Part shown: piece after piece, positions 20,882 to 30,457 of the stretch
Numbering within the stretch: position 1 is the stretch's first letter
Layout of the letters: each line of letters opens with the position of its first letter
Assembly: GCA_963666115.2 (NCBI GenBank)
Contig: CAXXET010000006.1
Location: forward strand, 64,001-128,000
Length of the DNA stretch: 64,000 nt
Reading direction: 5' to 3'
Origin: Dehalococcoidia bacterium
GTDB taxonomy: Bacteria > Chloroflexota > Dehalococcoidia > UBA6926
The notes under the pieces: model-generated
What the model saw: the letters and a program-made list of their open reading frames with translations, nothing else
Database searches by the model: none
What the model was told of the DNA's origin: nothing
Program-made: the position numbers and the translations under genes

Positions 20882-23293
20882 CTACCGCAGCACCCCGTCC
20901 TCTATCCCCTTGCTCACCTGCTCATCGGACAAACCGAGCACGCTCCTGTACACATACTCATTGTCCTCCCCGATCCAAGGCGCGCGGTTCGCCGCCGTTG
21001 CCTGTGACAGGGAGAGAATGGCCGGTAGCCCGTGATGCGACAGCGTCCCCCACGTCGTGTGCGTGGACTGCACGATGTGCCCGCGCTCTCGCAGGTGCGG
21101 GTCGTGGTACAGATCCTCGCTGTTCATCGCCACGCCCGCCGGCACGCCCACCTTCTGGAGCATGTGCAGTAGCTGGTGCGACGTGAACGCCCTTGCCCAC
21201 TCGCTTATCTCGTGGTCGATTTCGTCACGGTTCGCGCGCCGCCCGGCCGCATCGGCAAATCGGGGATCGTCCGCCCACTGCGGCGCGCCCATCGCCGCCG
21301 CCAGCGCGCGCCACTGCTCATTCGTCTCGCACGCGATCACGATCCACGTATCCGGATACAGGCACGCATACGCCCCGTACGGCGCATAGTGGGCGTTTAT
21401 CGGCTCGTCATACCCGACGCTGCCCCAAATGTTCCCGTTGATCGTGTAGTCCAGGATGGCCGGCCCCATCATCGATCCCTGGCCGTCCACCTGCGCGATC
21501 TCGATGAACTGCCCGCGCCCCGTCACGTCCCGGTACTCCAGCGCCGCAGCGGTTGAGAGCGCGACGAACGCCGCCCCCACATAGTCCGGTATCACGCCCT
21601 TCGCGTGGTTCTGCATCGGCGAGTCCGGGTGTCCCCACAGCAGCGACAGCCCCGTCACCGCCTGCAGGTTGTTCCCGTACGTTACCCAGTTGTTCAGCGG
21701 CCCCTCAGACCCCATCCCCGGCATCCCGATCTGGATGATGCCCGGGTTGATTGTCGCAAGATCGTCGTAGCCCAGCCCGAGCCGCTTCATAACCGTCGCG
21801 CTGAAGTTGTCGACGACGACGTCGCTGTCCCTGGCCAGTCGGCGGAACAGGTCCTTGCCGCCGTCCGACCGCAAATCGAGGGTGCAGCTCAGCTTGTTGC
21901 GGTTCATGTCCGGGAAGAGCGGGCGCGTCGGCTCGCGGTTCGCCTCCAGGCTTTGGGACTCCACCTTGATGACCTCCGCCCCGTAAAAGCCGAGGAACAT
22001 CGTGCCGATAGGCCCCGCGAACGCCCGTGTGATGTCCGCCACGCGGATGCCGTCCAACAGCGCCGCGTCCGGCGCCTTGCCATTCGTTGGGGCAGGGTAC
22101 GTGTCACGCCGCGGCGCAACCGAATCAATCTCCGCCAGCACCTCATCTCGATGCTGGTCCAGCAGCGGGGCAGGGCGCGTCTGGTTCCACGGCGTGGCGG
22201 ACATGATGAACGGTTGCCCCGGCGTCTCGTACTCGCCAACGACGGGATGCGTCACCTTCTGGAACCAGCCCCGTGACCGCATATGGTCGTCCGTTACAAA
22301 ATCCTCGAACGTGTTGACGGGACAGCACGCCAGCCCCAGCCGCTGCGCCTCCTCCACGAACTCATCGCGGTCGAACTGCTCCACGAACGACTGGATCAGC
22401 ACCTGCGCCAGGTCCTCGTTGTCCGTCCGGTATTGGGACGAATCCCAGTCATCGCCGGACAACACCGCGTCCTCCATCCACTGCCGTGACAGGACACGCC
22501 AATGCCCAGTCATGAAGATCGCGATCTGGACGTACTTGTCATCCTTCGTCCGATAGATATTCGCCGGCCCGCCGCGCGGCCCCTGGCGCAACACGATCTC
22601 GCTCCGCTGGCTGTACCGCGCAATCGTGCCGACCGTTGCGAACGTCAGCGCCTCCTGCAACGACAGGTCGACGCGCTGCCCCCGCCCCGTTGCACGCCGG
22701 TGCCGTATCGCGTTGATCGCCAGGTACGCCCCGTGTACGGCCGCAAGCTGCGCCCCGATTTGGCATGGCAGCACGACTGGCGCGCGCGTATCGTCGCCCT
22801 GGCTCATCATCACGCCGGACATGGCGGAGATCACCGCCTCATTCGCCGCAAAGTGGCTGAACGGCCCCGTCTGCCCGAACGGCGTCAGCGAGACCGTCAC
22901 GAGCCCCGGATTCAGCGCCTCCAGCCGCTCATCGTCGATGCCAAGCCCTGCAAGCTGCCCCGGCGGCGTGCATTCCACGAAAATATCCGCCCGCTCGATC
23001 AGCTTCTCAAGCGTCTCCCGCGCGCCCGCCTCCCCGATATCGAGCACGATGCTCCGACGATTCAGATTCGCGTTCAGGAACGGAATACTGCGCTCAGGAT
23101 CGGCGATATCCCCCGCGAACGGCGCGTGCATCCGGTTCGGATCGCCCCCCGGCGGCTCCACCTTGATAACGTCCGCGCCGAGCCCCGCAAGATACCCCGC
23201 GCAATACGCCGCAGGTATCTCCCCAATCTCAACAACCCGCAAATGCCCCAGCGCCGTATCTGCCCCACCATTAGTCATAGCCACACTCCCCAC
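20882..23293 (-). CDS. Family III (CaiB/BaiF) CoA-transferase with two fused domains
   Basis: GADVIKVEPPGGD...NLNRRS and GAEVIKVES...NRNKLS; two complete CoA-transferase repeats. Confidence 0.92.
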   Translation of the reverse strand: MGSVAMTNGGADTALGHLRVVEIGEIPAAYCAGYLAGLGADVIKVEPPGGDPNRMHAPFAGDIADPERSIPFLNANLNRRSIVLDIGEAGARETLEKLIERADIFVECTPPGQLAGLGIDDERLEALNPGLVTVSLTPFGQTGPFSHFAANEAVISAMSGVMMSQGDDTRAPVVLPCQIGAQLAAVHGAYLAINAIRHRRATGRGQRVDLSLQEALTFATVGTIARYSQRSEIVLRQGPRGGPANIYRTKDDKYVQIAIFMTGHWRVLSRQWMEDAVLSGDDWDSSQYRTDNEDLAQVLIQSFVEQFDRDEFVEEAQRLGLACCPVNTFEDFVTDDHMRSRGWFQKVTHPVVGEYETPGQPFIMSATPWNQTRPAPLLDQHRDEVLAEIDSVAPRRDTYPAPTNGKAPDAALLDGIRVADITRAFAGPIGTMFLGFYGAEVIKVESQSLEANREPTRPLFPDMNRNKLSCTLDLRSDGGKDLFRRLARDSDVVVDNFSATVMKRLGLGYDDLATINPGIIQIGMPGMGSEGPLNNWVTYGNNLQAVTGLSLLWGHPDSPMQNHAKGVIPDYVGAAFVALSTAAALEYRDVTGRGQFIEIAQVDGQGSMMGPAILDYTINGNIWGSVGYDEPINAHYAPYGAYACLYPDTWIVIACETNEQWRALAAAMGAPQWADDPRFADAAGRRANRDEIDHEISEWARAFTSHQLLHMLQKVGVPAGVAMNSEDLYHDPHLRERGHIVQSTHTTWGTLSHHGLPAILSLSQATAANRAPWIGEDNEYVYRSVLGLSDEQVSKGIEDGVLR

Positions 23294-23308
23294 CCATTAG
23301 GCGCATTC

Positions 23309-23432
23309 GTCATTCCCGCGAAAGCGGGAAACCAGAATCCCCACCCCCCAAATCTGCGAGTACGATAGGCGTCCCACCCCCACGGGTCAAGGATGGAGCG
23401 CCACTCCGCTCACCCTGAGCCTGTCGAAGGGC
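23309..23432 (+). repeat. Family A repeat (23309-23334) and family C repeat (23405-23432) left of vapBC
   Basis: gtcattcccgcgaaagcgggaaacc; ccgctcaccctgagcctgtcgaaggg. Confidence 0.85.
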
Positions 23433-23510
23433 CCCCATTGCCCAACCATTTCCCCATCGTTATAGTCAAAAGGGTAGACTCAAAACAAACCGTCTACCCT
23501 GAGGTACGCC

Positions 23511-23804
23511 ATGAGCCTAAACATCAAGAACGAAGAAACCTGCCGCCTCGCCGAAGAACTAGCCGCCCTCACCAAAGAAAACAAAACCCAGGCCATCACC
23601 ATCGCCCTCCGTGAGCGCCTTGACCGGGAACGGGAGCGGCTTACGGAATTTGACCGATCCTTGGAAGGTTGGCTTCACTGGAAAGAGGAACGACGCAAGG
23701 AAACTGCCGACATGCACCGCCGGCTTGCGCCGCATCTGAGCCCCACCCCCTCCTCACAGGAGCTTCTCGACTCTCTCTATGGCGAGCACGGTGAACCGAA
23801 GTGA
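23511..23804 (+). CDS. vapB: VapB-type antitoxin (Rv0623-like)
   Basis: MSLNIKNEETCRLAEELA...TQAITIALRERL...LYGEHGEPK; GTGA overlap with the toxin. Confidence 0.85.
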   Translation: MSLNIKNEETCRLAEELAALTKENKTQAITIALRERLDRERERLTEFDRSLEGWLHWKEERRKETADMHRRLAPHLSPTPSSQELLDSLYGEHGEPK

Positions 23805-24187
23805 TCGTCGATTCATCTGCGGTCTGCGCCATCCTGTTGAGAGAGACTGATGGCCCCTATTTTGAAGAAGCGCTATTCCGTGTGCACGGTCTCCGTATGT
23901 CTGCGTTCAATGTCCTTGAATCCGCCATCGTGTTGGAAAGTCGGCTGGGCCCGGCAGGCGGCGTAGAATTCGATGGATTCCTTCAGCGCGAATCCATCGA
24001 AATCGTCCCCGTCACCGCCGAACACGTCACCGCCGCCCGCCGCGCCTGGCGAGAATTCGGTAAAGGCAACCACCCCGCCGCCCTCAACCTCGGCGATTGC
24101 CTGGCCTACGCCCTCTCACGAATAACCCAGGAACCCCTCCTCTACAAAGGCCAGGACTTCCCCCACACAGATGTGCATTCAGCCTAG
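23801..24187 (+). CDS. vapC: VapC PIN-domain toxin
   Basis: MIVDSSA...FGKGNHPAALNLGDCLAYA...LLYKGQDF. Confidence 0.92.
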   Translation: MIVDSSAVCAILLRETDGPYFEEALFRVHGLRMSAFNVLESAIVLESRLGPAGGVEFDGFLQRESIEIVPVTAEHVTAARRAWREFGKGNHPAALNLGDCLAYALSRITQEPLLYKGQDFPHTDVHSA

Positions 24188-24197
24188 CCCCCAAACC

Positions 24198-24388
24198 GTC
24201 ATTCCGGCGAAGGCCGGAATCCACCGCGTGGCTTGTCAGGGCCACCACCCCCGCTCACCCTGAGCTTATCGAAGGGTCGCCCCTCCGTCATTCCCGCGAA
24301 AGCGGGAATCCGAATCGCATTGTGCAGCCAAATCCGGTAACGCCACCCATCCACATGCTCATGTCGTTCCGTGCGCAGCGAAGAATCC
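24198..24388 (+). repeat. Cluster of four repeats (A-variant, C, A, B) right of vapBC
   Basis: gtcattccggcgaaggccggaatcca; ccgctcaccctgagcttatcgaaggg; gtcattcccgcgaaagcgggaatcc; gtcgttccgtgcgcagcgaagaatcc. Confidence 0.85.
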
Positions 24389-24454
24389 AAAGCCTCCATC
24401 CGCAAACCAACCGCCTAACCGCCCCGCAACGATCCAACGGTCACAGATGGCAGG

Positions 24455-24880
24455 CTAGTCCGGCGTGCTCCCATCTCGCTCGGCATTCAGGTGAGACAAG
24501 AGGCGATTGATCCCGTCGTCGATCTCACATCCCCAGATAATAAAGACCGTCCACCCCTTCTCCCTTAGCGCCGCCTGATTTGCAGCGTCACGGCGGAGCG
24601 TGCCATCGAGCTTGGCATTCCAGAAGTCCGTATTGGTGGTGGGGCGACGTTGCCCCTTGCGACAATTGTGTCCGTGCCAGAAGCAGCCTTGGACCAAAAC
24701 CGCTGTGCGGTAGCGTGACAATGCAAGGTCAGGCGAGCCGGGGAGCCTGCGGACATTGACCCGATACCGAAAGCCCGCGTGCCAGACAGCATGACGCACC
24801 TTGAGTTCAGGGCCGGTGCCACGGTTCCTGACCCGCGACATCAACTCGGATCGTTCCGCACGACTCAGGAAGTCCGCCAT
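24455..24880 (-). CDS. vsr: Very short patch repair endonuclease
   Basis: MADFLSRAERSELMSRV, LPGSPDL, GCFWHGH. Confidence 0.93.
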   Translation of the reverse strand: MADFLSRAERSELMSRVRNRGTGPELKVRHAVWHAGFRYRVNVRRLPGSPDLALSRYRTAVLVQGCFWHGHNCRKGQRRPTTNTDFWNAKLDGTLRRDAANQAALREKGWTVFIIWGCEIDDGINRLLSHLNAERDGSTPD

Positions 24881-24918
24881 GTCAGCTAATCGTCAGGGCC
24901 GGCTACTAAAGGCCAGCG

Positions 24919-27384
24919 TTAGTTTTCTTCATCTTGCAACCGCGCAAAATAAGCCGGCAAAGTTCTTACTAGGAAAGGCATTATCAAAGCAATTGCTCTA
25001 GCGTTAACTTGATGGATATTAGCTTCGATATTGCGCATATTCTCCTGAGCCTCTCCTTCTAGTGTTTCACAGTGATCATCAAACTTCTTTTTCATCGATA
25101 GCATAGCGAGCACCATGCCATTGCGGAACATAGCAATTGTCTGCTCGCGCTGCGCCTTTTGTTGCTTACTGATGGCGGTTTGCAGCGAAACATTGTCAAA
25201 ATTCACCAAGTAGCGCGATTTGTCGACGGACAAGACCTCAACCTTTCCACCATCTTGGTCGTCGAAGCTAGGAGGCCACACCTCGCTAGTCTCCTCTCCA
25301 ACCCTTCTGCCATCCTTGGTTGTCCAAACCGAATGAGGTATTGCTAGGCGCGGCCGCTCTTTGGATTGCCGCTCGCGACGGAGCTTTTCTCGTTTTTTCG
25401 TCAAGACAAGGTCAACGGTGTCTGTCAATCGACCTTCGGGCAAGTTTTTGTCGGAAAAGCGGGCTACCAGCTTCAGCTTTTGGCCTGGCCTTGCGCTGTT
25501 GTCTAGCGTCTGCAGTCCAACCAAAAATCTGCCATCCTTGAGCCGCATCGAACTGCGGATCGTTACATTAGAAGGACGGAATCGCCGTGGGCTTATTAGT
25601 CGGGAGCGGCGACGGTTCCGGAGTAGCCGTTTACGGAAACGGGACAACCGTGACAACGAGCGGCGCGGTACTTTGGGTTCGATCTTCACGTCAGGGGTTC
25701 CAGAGTCCTCAGAGCGTGAAAAGTACGCATTTTCGGCGTCGGTGTGGAATGGTACTTCAAAGCGCTCACCGATTTCGAGTTCAATAGGCTGACGACTCTT
25801 GTAATCAGGATAAAGACACAAATACGTGGGTGTATAGTTTCCTTCATAGGGAATGTTCGGTTCGGATGACGGGAGCCGTAGTGTGAGGGGCCCTCCCAGC
25901 CCGAAGAGATTCTGGAGTTCTGGTGCCTGGCGTAGTAGGCGTTGAAAGGAATCACTCTGGGCTTTGCGCGCAGCTTCATCGATCTTCTCAGCCGCTTTAG
26001 CTTGTTCCCACTCCTTCAAGCCTTCTGATTGCCTTAGGGCGTCGTCGATTATTTCAGTGTACCGTTCGTTTTCCGCAGTTCCCATTCTCCTTTCGCGGTC
26101 GGGGCTAAATACTTTATAGAAGGCACTACCATTCAGCCCGCTGGCATCGATCAAAATCGCCACATTATCAACGAGGCCGGGCAATTTGATAGTCTGAGAC
26201 AAGTAACCCTTTTTCTGCTTATTCTGGACTTGCCCATTCACATGATGAAACACTCGATCCGTGGAACTTCTGAGAGCCTCAGGCATTCGATCCAGCAAGA
26301 TGGCATCAATGACGATATTCCCAAGCAAAGGATCTGTAATTTCCCGTACGCGTAACCTCTCGGCATGTTCGCTGCCGGAACGTGTGAGTTCTGCCTCAAG
26401 ACCCAATGCTGTCCTTTCGTCCACGAATCGGGCACGGCCTGTGCGGTCCGAACGAATATAGCGATAATCCATTAGCCGGAACGGCAGAGTGGTCGAGACC
26501 ATATTTTGTGCTATTCCATTGCGAATCCCGATGAAGTCTCGTTGCCCGTCGATTTTGTAGTCATAGACCTTGACGATTGTGCCAGTGTTGGCTTTGGTCG
26601 CTGGATCAGCCTCCCCATCCTTGTTGCGCAGAGGTGAGATGGGACCCCCGTACTCGAATGTGGGAACGCGACCCTTAGGACTAAAGTACTCGTAGATAGG
26701 GTGGTCTGGGCTATTCGGCCTCTCTCGTACTACTGTCCAGCCCCAAGGGCGAATCGCGCTATGCTGACGCGAGACGATAAGTTTGTAACCCTTCTGCCCA
26801 CAGTAACGGAGGACACCAGATGAGCCCATGTTGTATTTGCCTTGTACGTACGGAAGCCCGGACTTTAGCTTACTGCTGAGGCTAAGGAATGTTTCTGGAA
26901 AAGTCTCAGATGCTTGTCCTTCGCCGTTATCGACGATGGTGAAGCAAGACGAATCTGGTTCGCCCGTGATGCCGATGATCAGATTGTCTCTAGCGAATTG
27001 CAATAGGTCCGACTCGTTTATGTCTCCCAGCCGACCAGAGTGTTCTGCACCCCTGAGTCTGTCTTTGAAAAGAGATTTGACGGCTTCTTGCGGAGACTGC
27101 GGGGCGGTTGCATCTTTAGGTTGTACGCCAGCCAAACTGGCGGCTTTCATTATCATTGCATCGGAAGCGTTCGTGAGGAGTTCTGTGAGGGCCTTACTCG
27201 CCGAAGAAGACTGGTTGTGGATGGTGTTGAAATTCGTCTCCCGGCCGTCGACAAGTGACCAGTTCTCAGGATCACTGAGTTCAGTGCTGGCTGCTATTAT
27301 CGCGTCGACCTCCGCCTCAGATTCGGCCTGGAGAAGGCTGAAGCACAATTCCTTGCTGTTCAACTCGCCACCCCCGTCTCGCAA
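24919..27384 (-). CDS. GHKL (MORC/Hsp90-like) ATPase with a long uncharacterised C-terminus
   Basis: ELLTNASDA, DNGEG, GKYNMG, GTIV Bergerat-fold motifs; lower GC. Confidence 0.8.
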   Translation of the reverse strand: MRDGGGELNSKELCFSLLQAESEAEVDAIIAASTELSDPENWSLVDGRETNFNTIHNQSSSASKALTELLTNASDAMIMKAASLAGVQPKDATAPQSPQEAVKSLFKDRLRGAEHSGRLGDINESDLLQFARDNLIIGITGEPDSSCFTIVDNGEGQASETFPETFLSLSSKLKSGLPYVQGKYNMGSSGVLRYCGQKGYKLIVSRQHSAIRPWGWTVVRERPNSPDHPIYEYFSPKGRVPTFEYGGPISPLRNKDGEADPATKANTGTIVKVYDYKIDGQRDFIGIRNGIAQNMVSTTLPFRLMDYRYIRSDRTGRARFVDERTALGLEAELTRSGSEHAERLRVREITDPLLGNIVIDAILLDRMPEALRSSTDRVFHHVNGQVQNKQKKGYLSQTIKLPGLVDNVAILIDASGLNGSAFYKVFSPDRERRMGTAENERYTEIIDDALRQSEGLKEWEQAKAAEKIDEAARKAQSDSFQRLLRQAPELQNLFGLGGPLTLRLPSSEPNIPYEGNYTPTYLCLYPDYKSRQPIELEIGERFEVPFHTDAENAYFSRSEDSGTPDVKIEPKVPRRSLSRLSRFRKRLLRNRRRSRLISPRRFRPSNVTIRSSMRLKDGRFLVGLQTLDNSARPGQKLKLVARFSDKNLPEGRLTDTVDLVLTKKREKLRRERQSKERPRLAIPHSVWTTKDGRRVGEETSEVWPPSFDDQDGGKVEVLSVDKSRYLVNFDNVSLQTAISKQQKAQREQTIAMFRNGMVLAMLSMKKKFDDHCETLEGEAQENMRNIEANIHQVNARAIALIMPFLVRTLPAYFARLQDEEN

Positions 27385-28544
27385 AGCTTGGTCAAATGGC
27401 GTGCCATGAACTCGGAGAGCTTGGGCGGCACGGCGTTCCCAATCATCCGGGCAATAGCATCCATCCCGCTACCCTCAAAATGATACTCAGGTGGGAAGGA
27501 CTGGAGCAAGGCGCCCTCCATCAACGAGAGTCCTCGTGGCTGCTCGGTGTCATAATGCCCAAAGCGTCCGTTCGAGATGCTGTGGAAGCGGGTTGTTATC
27601 GTAGGCGCGGGCCTGTCAGGGTGCATGCGTGTGTACACGTCCCCAAACCCGCGCTTTCCCTTTGCGTCGAGCCTCCTATGGCAATCCAGCCTGAGTTCTT
27701 CGGGAAACGCATAGTTCGGCTCTCCTGGGCGAACAGCGTTCAATCGACGGACGTTGATGTCCCTGAGATTGCGGCAACGGTGGTCGGGCAAGCCGTCATG
27801 CGCTTGTCCCGCGTCGATAGGCGGGAGACTGCCAATAGTTTCCCGAACGGTCTTTACAGGCACGGATACATCCTCAGGTGGGACGTCGAGCGTGAGACCT
27901 TCGCCATGGGCCTCATGCGCCGTTACTGCGAGTATGATTGATCTCCGGCGATGCTGTGGCACGCCAAACTTCGCCGCATCCACTTCGCCCGTGCCTACGT
28001 GATACCCGAGTTCTGTAAGGTCGGCTTGGAACCTCTCCCACACATGCCGGTACCTGCCGCGGCTGATTCCCGCCACGTTCTCAGATAGGATCATGTCTGG
28101 CCTGAAGTGCTCGATGAACGGGATGGTCTGAGCAAGGAGATTCTGGTCGCGCTCGCGTGACGCCTTCCGCCTGCCGGTGATGTTCGGCTGCACAAACTTC
28201 GTGAACGATTGGCACGGGGCGCAGATTGCGAACATCAAGGGCAATTCGGGATTCTCAAGGCGGTATTTCTCGATGAGCGCGCTAAGCTCGTCGAGAATCT
28301 CTTGCTGTTGCCCGGAAGGGTACTCGTCGGTCCTGGGGAACATATCTTTGGCGATGAATGACGGCTCTTGCTTATCTAGCGTCTTGTTTGGATTGTTGCC
28401 TCGGTACGTCGCCTCGCAGCTAAGGTCCTTGTCGATACCGGCGATGACGTAGCCCCCGGCATCGATCATCCCACGCGTCGTGCCGCCGGCTCCGCAATAG
28501 AAGTCGACTGCCAAGAAGGCGGGCTTGGTCTTGTACGCATCCAT
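27360..28544 (-). CDS. dcm: DNA cytosine-C5 methyltransferase
   Basis: DFYCGAGG, CAPCQSF, SENV, GVPQHRRR, LLQSFP, IGNAVPP. Confidence 0.94.
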   Translation of the reverse strand: MDAYKTKPAFLAVDFYCGAGGTTRGMIDAGGYVIAGIDKDLSCEATYRGNNPNKTLDKQEPSFIAKDMFPRTDEYPSGQQQEILDELSALIEKYRLENPELPLMFAICAPCQSFTKFVQPNITGRRKASRERDQNLLAQTIPFIEHFRPDMILSENVAGISRGRYRHVWERFQADLTELGYHVGTGEVDAAKFGVPQHRRRSIILAVTAHEAHGEGLTLDVPPEDVSVPVKTVRETIGSLPPIDAGQAHDGLPDHRCRNLRDINVRRLNAVRPGEPNYAFPEELRLDCHRRLDAKGKRGFGDVYTRMHPDRPAPTITTRFHSISNGRFGHYDTEQPRGLSLMEGALLQSFPPEYHFEGSGMDAIARMIGNAVPPKLSEFMARHLTKLCETGVAS

Positions 28545-28592
28545 GGGTCAAATAGTACAGTCGTTCAACGCTCGTTGCAAAAGAGGCAGGCC

Positions 28593-30374
28593 TCACCCCC
28601 GCACCCCCACCTCCCCCAAAACCCGCCCCACAAACTCAGACACCCCCACCGCCCCCAAATTCTCGCTATTCTCACGACGCCGCACCGCAACGGCGCCCGC
28701 CTCCGCCTCCCGGTCCCCCACCACCAACATGTACGGCGTCTGCCGACGCTGCGCGTCCCGGATCTTCGCGTTCATCCGCTCGTTGCGGTCATCGATCTCA
28801 CAGCGAATCCCCGCCGCGCGCAGCTGCTCCTGCACCTGCTCCGCATACGGAATATGCCGGTCCGCGATGGGAATGATCATCGCCTGCACCGGAGCCAGCC
28901 ACACCGGGAACGCCCCCGCGTTGTGCTCCAGCAGCACCCCGAAGAACCGCTCCAGCGACCCAAGAATCGCGCGATGGATCATCACCGGCCGCTCGCGGCT
29001 GTTGTCCTCCGTCACGTACTCCAGGTCAAACCGCTCCGGCAGGTTGAAGTCCAACTGGAACGTGCTCAACTGCCACTCACGCCGCAGCGCGTCCTGCGAG
29101 AACAGATCGATCTTCGGCCCGTAGAACGCCCCCTCATTCGGTATCTCCTCATAGTCCGCGCCCGCCAGCCGCAACGCCTCCCGCAGCGCGTCCTCCGCCC
29201 GATCCCACGTCTCATCGTCGCCCACTCGCTTCTCAGGCCGCAGCGACAGGGTGTAACGCGGCTCATTCAGCCCAAACGCCTGGTATATCTCGCGCATCAT
29301 GCGGATCAGCGACGAAAACTCGTCCTGCACCTGGTCCAGGCGACAGAAGATATGCGCGTCGTCCTGCGAGAAGCTCCGCACCCGCGTCAGCCCGTGCGTC
29401 ACCCCCGACCGTTCGTTCCGATGCAGCCGCCCAAAGTCCGCCATACGCAGCGGCAGCGCGCGGTACGAATGCAGTTGCGACTGATACACGACGCAGTGGC
29501 CGGGGCAATTCATCGGCTTCACCCCGTACTCGATCTCATCCGAGTGCGTCAGGTACATATTCTCCAGGTAATTGTCGTAATGCCCGGACTGCTTCCACAG
29601 GTCGGTCAAGAAGATCTGCGGCGTGATGACCTCCTGGTACCCGTACTTGTCATACAGCTCGCGGATGAAATCGACCATCAGGTTGTAGACCGCCGCTCCC
29701 TTTGGCAGGAAGAATGGGCTGGCCGGCGCGATCGGATCGAAGAAGAACAAATCGAGCTCGCGCCCCAGCCGCCTGTGGTCCCGCCGCTCCGCCTCCGCCA
29801 GCCGCTCCAGGTGCGCGTCAAGCTCCTCCTGCGTCGCAAACAGTGCCCCATAGATGCGCTGCAGCTGCGGATTGGTCTCGTTGCCACGCCAATACGCCCC
29901 CGCCACCCGCGTCAGCGTGAACGCCCCCGTCTTGTCCGTCGATTCAGCGTGCGGCCCCTGGCACAGGTCCGTGAACCCGCCGTGCGTATACGTCGAAACC
30001 GTCTCATCCGTCAGGCTCTCGATGATCTCCACCTTGAACGGCTGATCGGCGAACCGCGCCAGTCCCTCCGCGCGCGGCATCTCTCCCGCCACGAACGGCG
30101 CAGCCGACGCCGCGCTCTCCCGCATCCGCGCCTCGATCGCCGGCAGATCATCCGGCGTCAGCGTGCGCGGCAGCAGGAAATCGTAATAGAACCCGTCCTC
30201 GATGGGCGGCCCAATCCCCAGCTTCGCCTCCGGAAACAGCGAAAGCACCGCCTCCGCCATCATGTGCGCGGCGGAGTGCCGCATCCGGATGAGCGTGTCA
30301 TTCTCCCCCGCGTACCGCTCCTCCAGCGCGCCGCCTCCCGCCGCCAGTTCCGCCGAATGTTCCTCGTGTGACAT
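28593..30374 (-). CDS. thrS: Threonine--tRNA ligase
   Basis: MRHSAAH, DHRRLG, KPMNCPGH, GLTRVRSFSQDDAH, FYGPKID, HRAILGSLERF. Confidence 0.98.
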   Translation of the reverse strand: MSHEEHSAELAAGGGALEERYAGENDTLIRMRHSAAHMMAEAVLSLFPEAKLGIGPPIEDGFYYDFLLPRTLTPDDLPAIEARMRESAASAAPFVAGEMPRAEGLARFADQPFKVEIIESLTDETVSTYTHGGFTDLCQGPHAESTDKTGAFTLTRVAGAYWRGNETNPQLQRIYGALFATQEELDAHLERLAEAERRDHRRLGRELDLFFFDPIAPASPFFLPKGAAVYNLMVDFIRELYDKYGYQEVITPQIFLTDLWKQSGHYDNYLENMYLTHSDEIEYGVKPMNCPGHCVVYQSQLHSYRALPLRMADFGRLHRNERSGVTHGLTRVRSFSQDDAHIFCRLDQVQDEFSSLIRMMREIYQAFGLNEPRYTLSLRPEKRVGDDETWDRAEDALREALRLAGADYEEIPNEGAFYGPKIDLFSQDALRREWQLSTFQLDFNLPERFDLEYVTEDNSRERPVMIHRAILGSLERFFGVLLEHNAGAFPVWLAPVQAMIIPIADRHIPYAEQVQEQLRAAGIRCEIDDRNERMNAKIRDAQRRQTPYMLVVGDREAEAGAVAVRRRENSENLGAVGVSEFVGRVLGEVGVRG

Positions 30375-30457
30375 GCGTGATCATTTCTCCTTGCGCCAGT
30401 CCTATCTATAATGACGGTTGACGCGCGCCACGCAAAAGAGGCAGAGCAAGTGCCGAT

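Noticed and set aside
24198-24388. Clustered palindromes considered as a mini-CRISPR or integron attC array
   Set aside because: The repeats belong to different families with irregular spacing and lack attC RYYYAAC/GTTRRRY ends; no cas or integrase gene is present.
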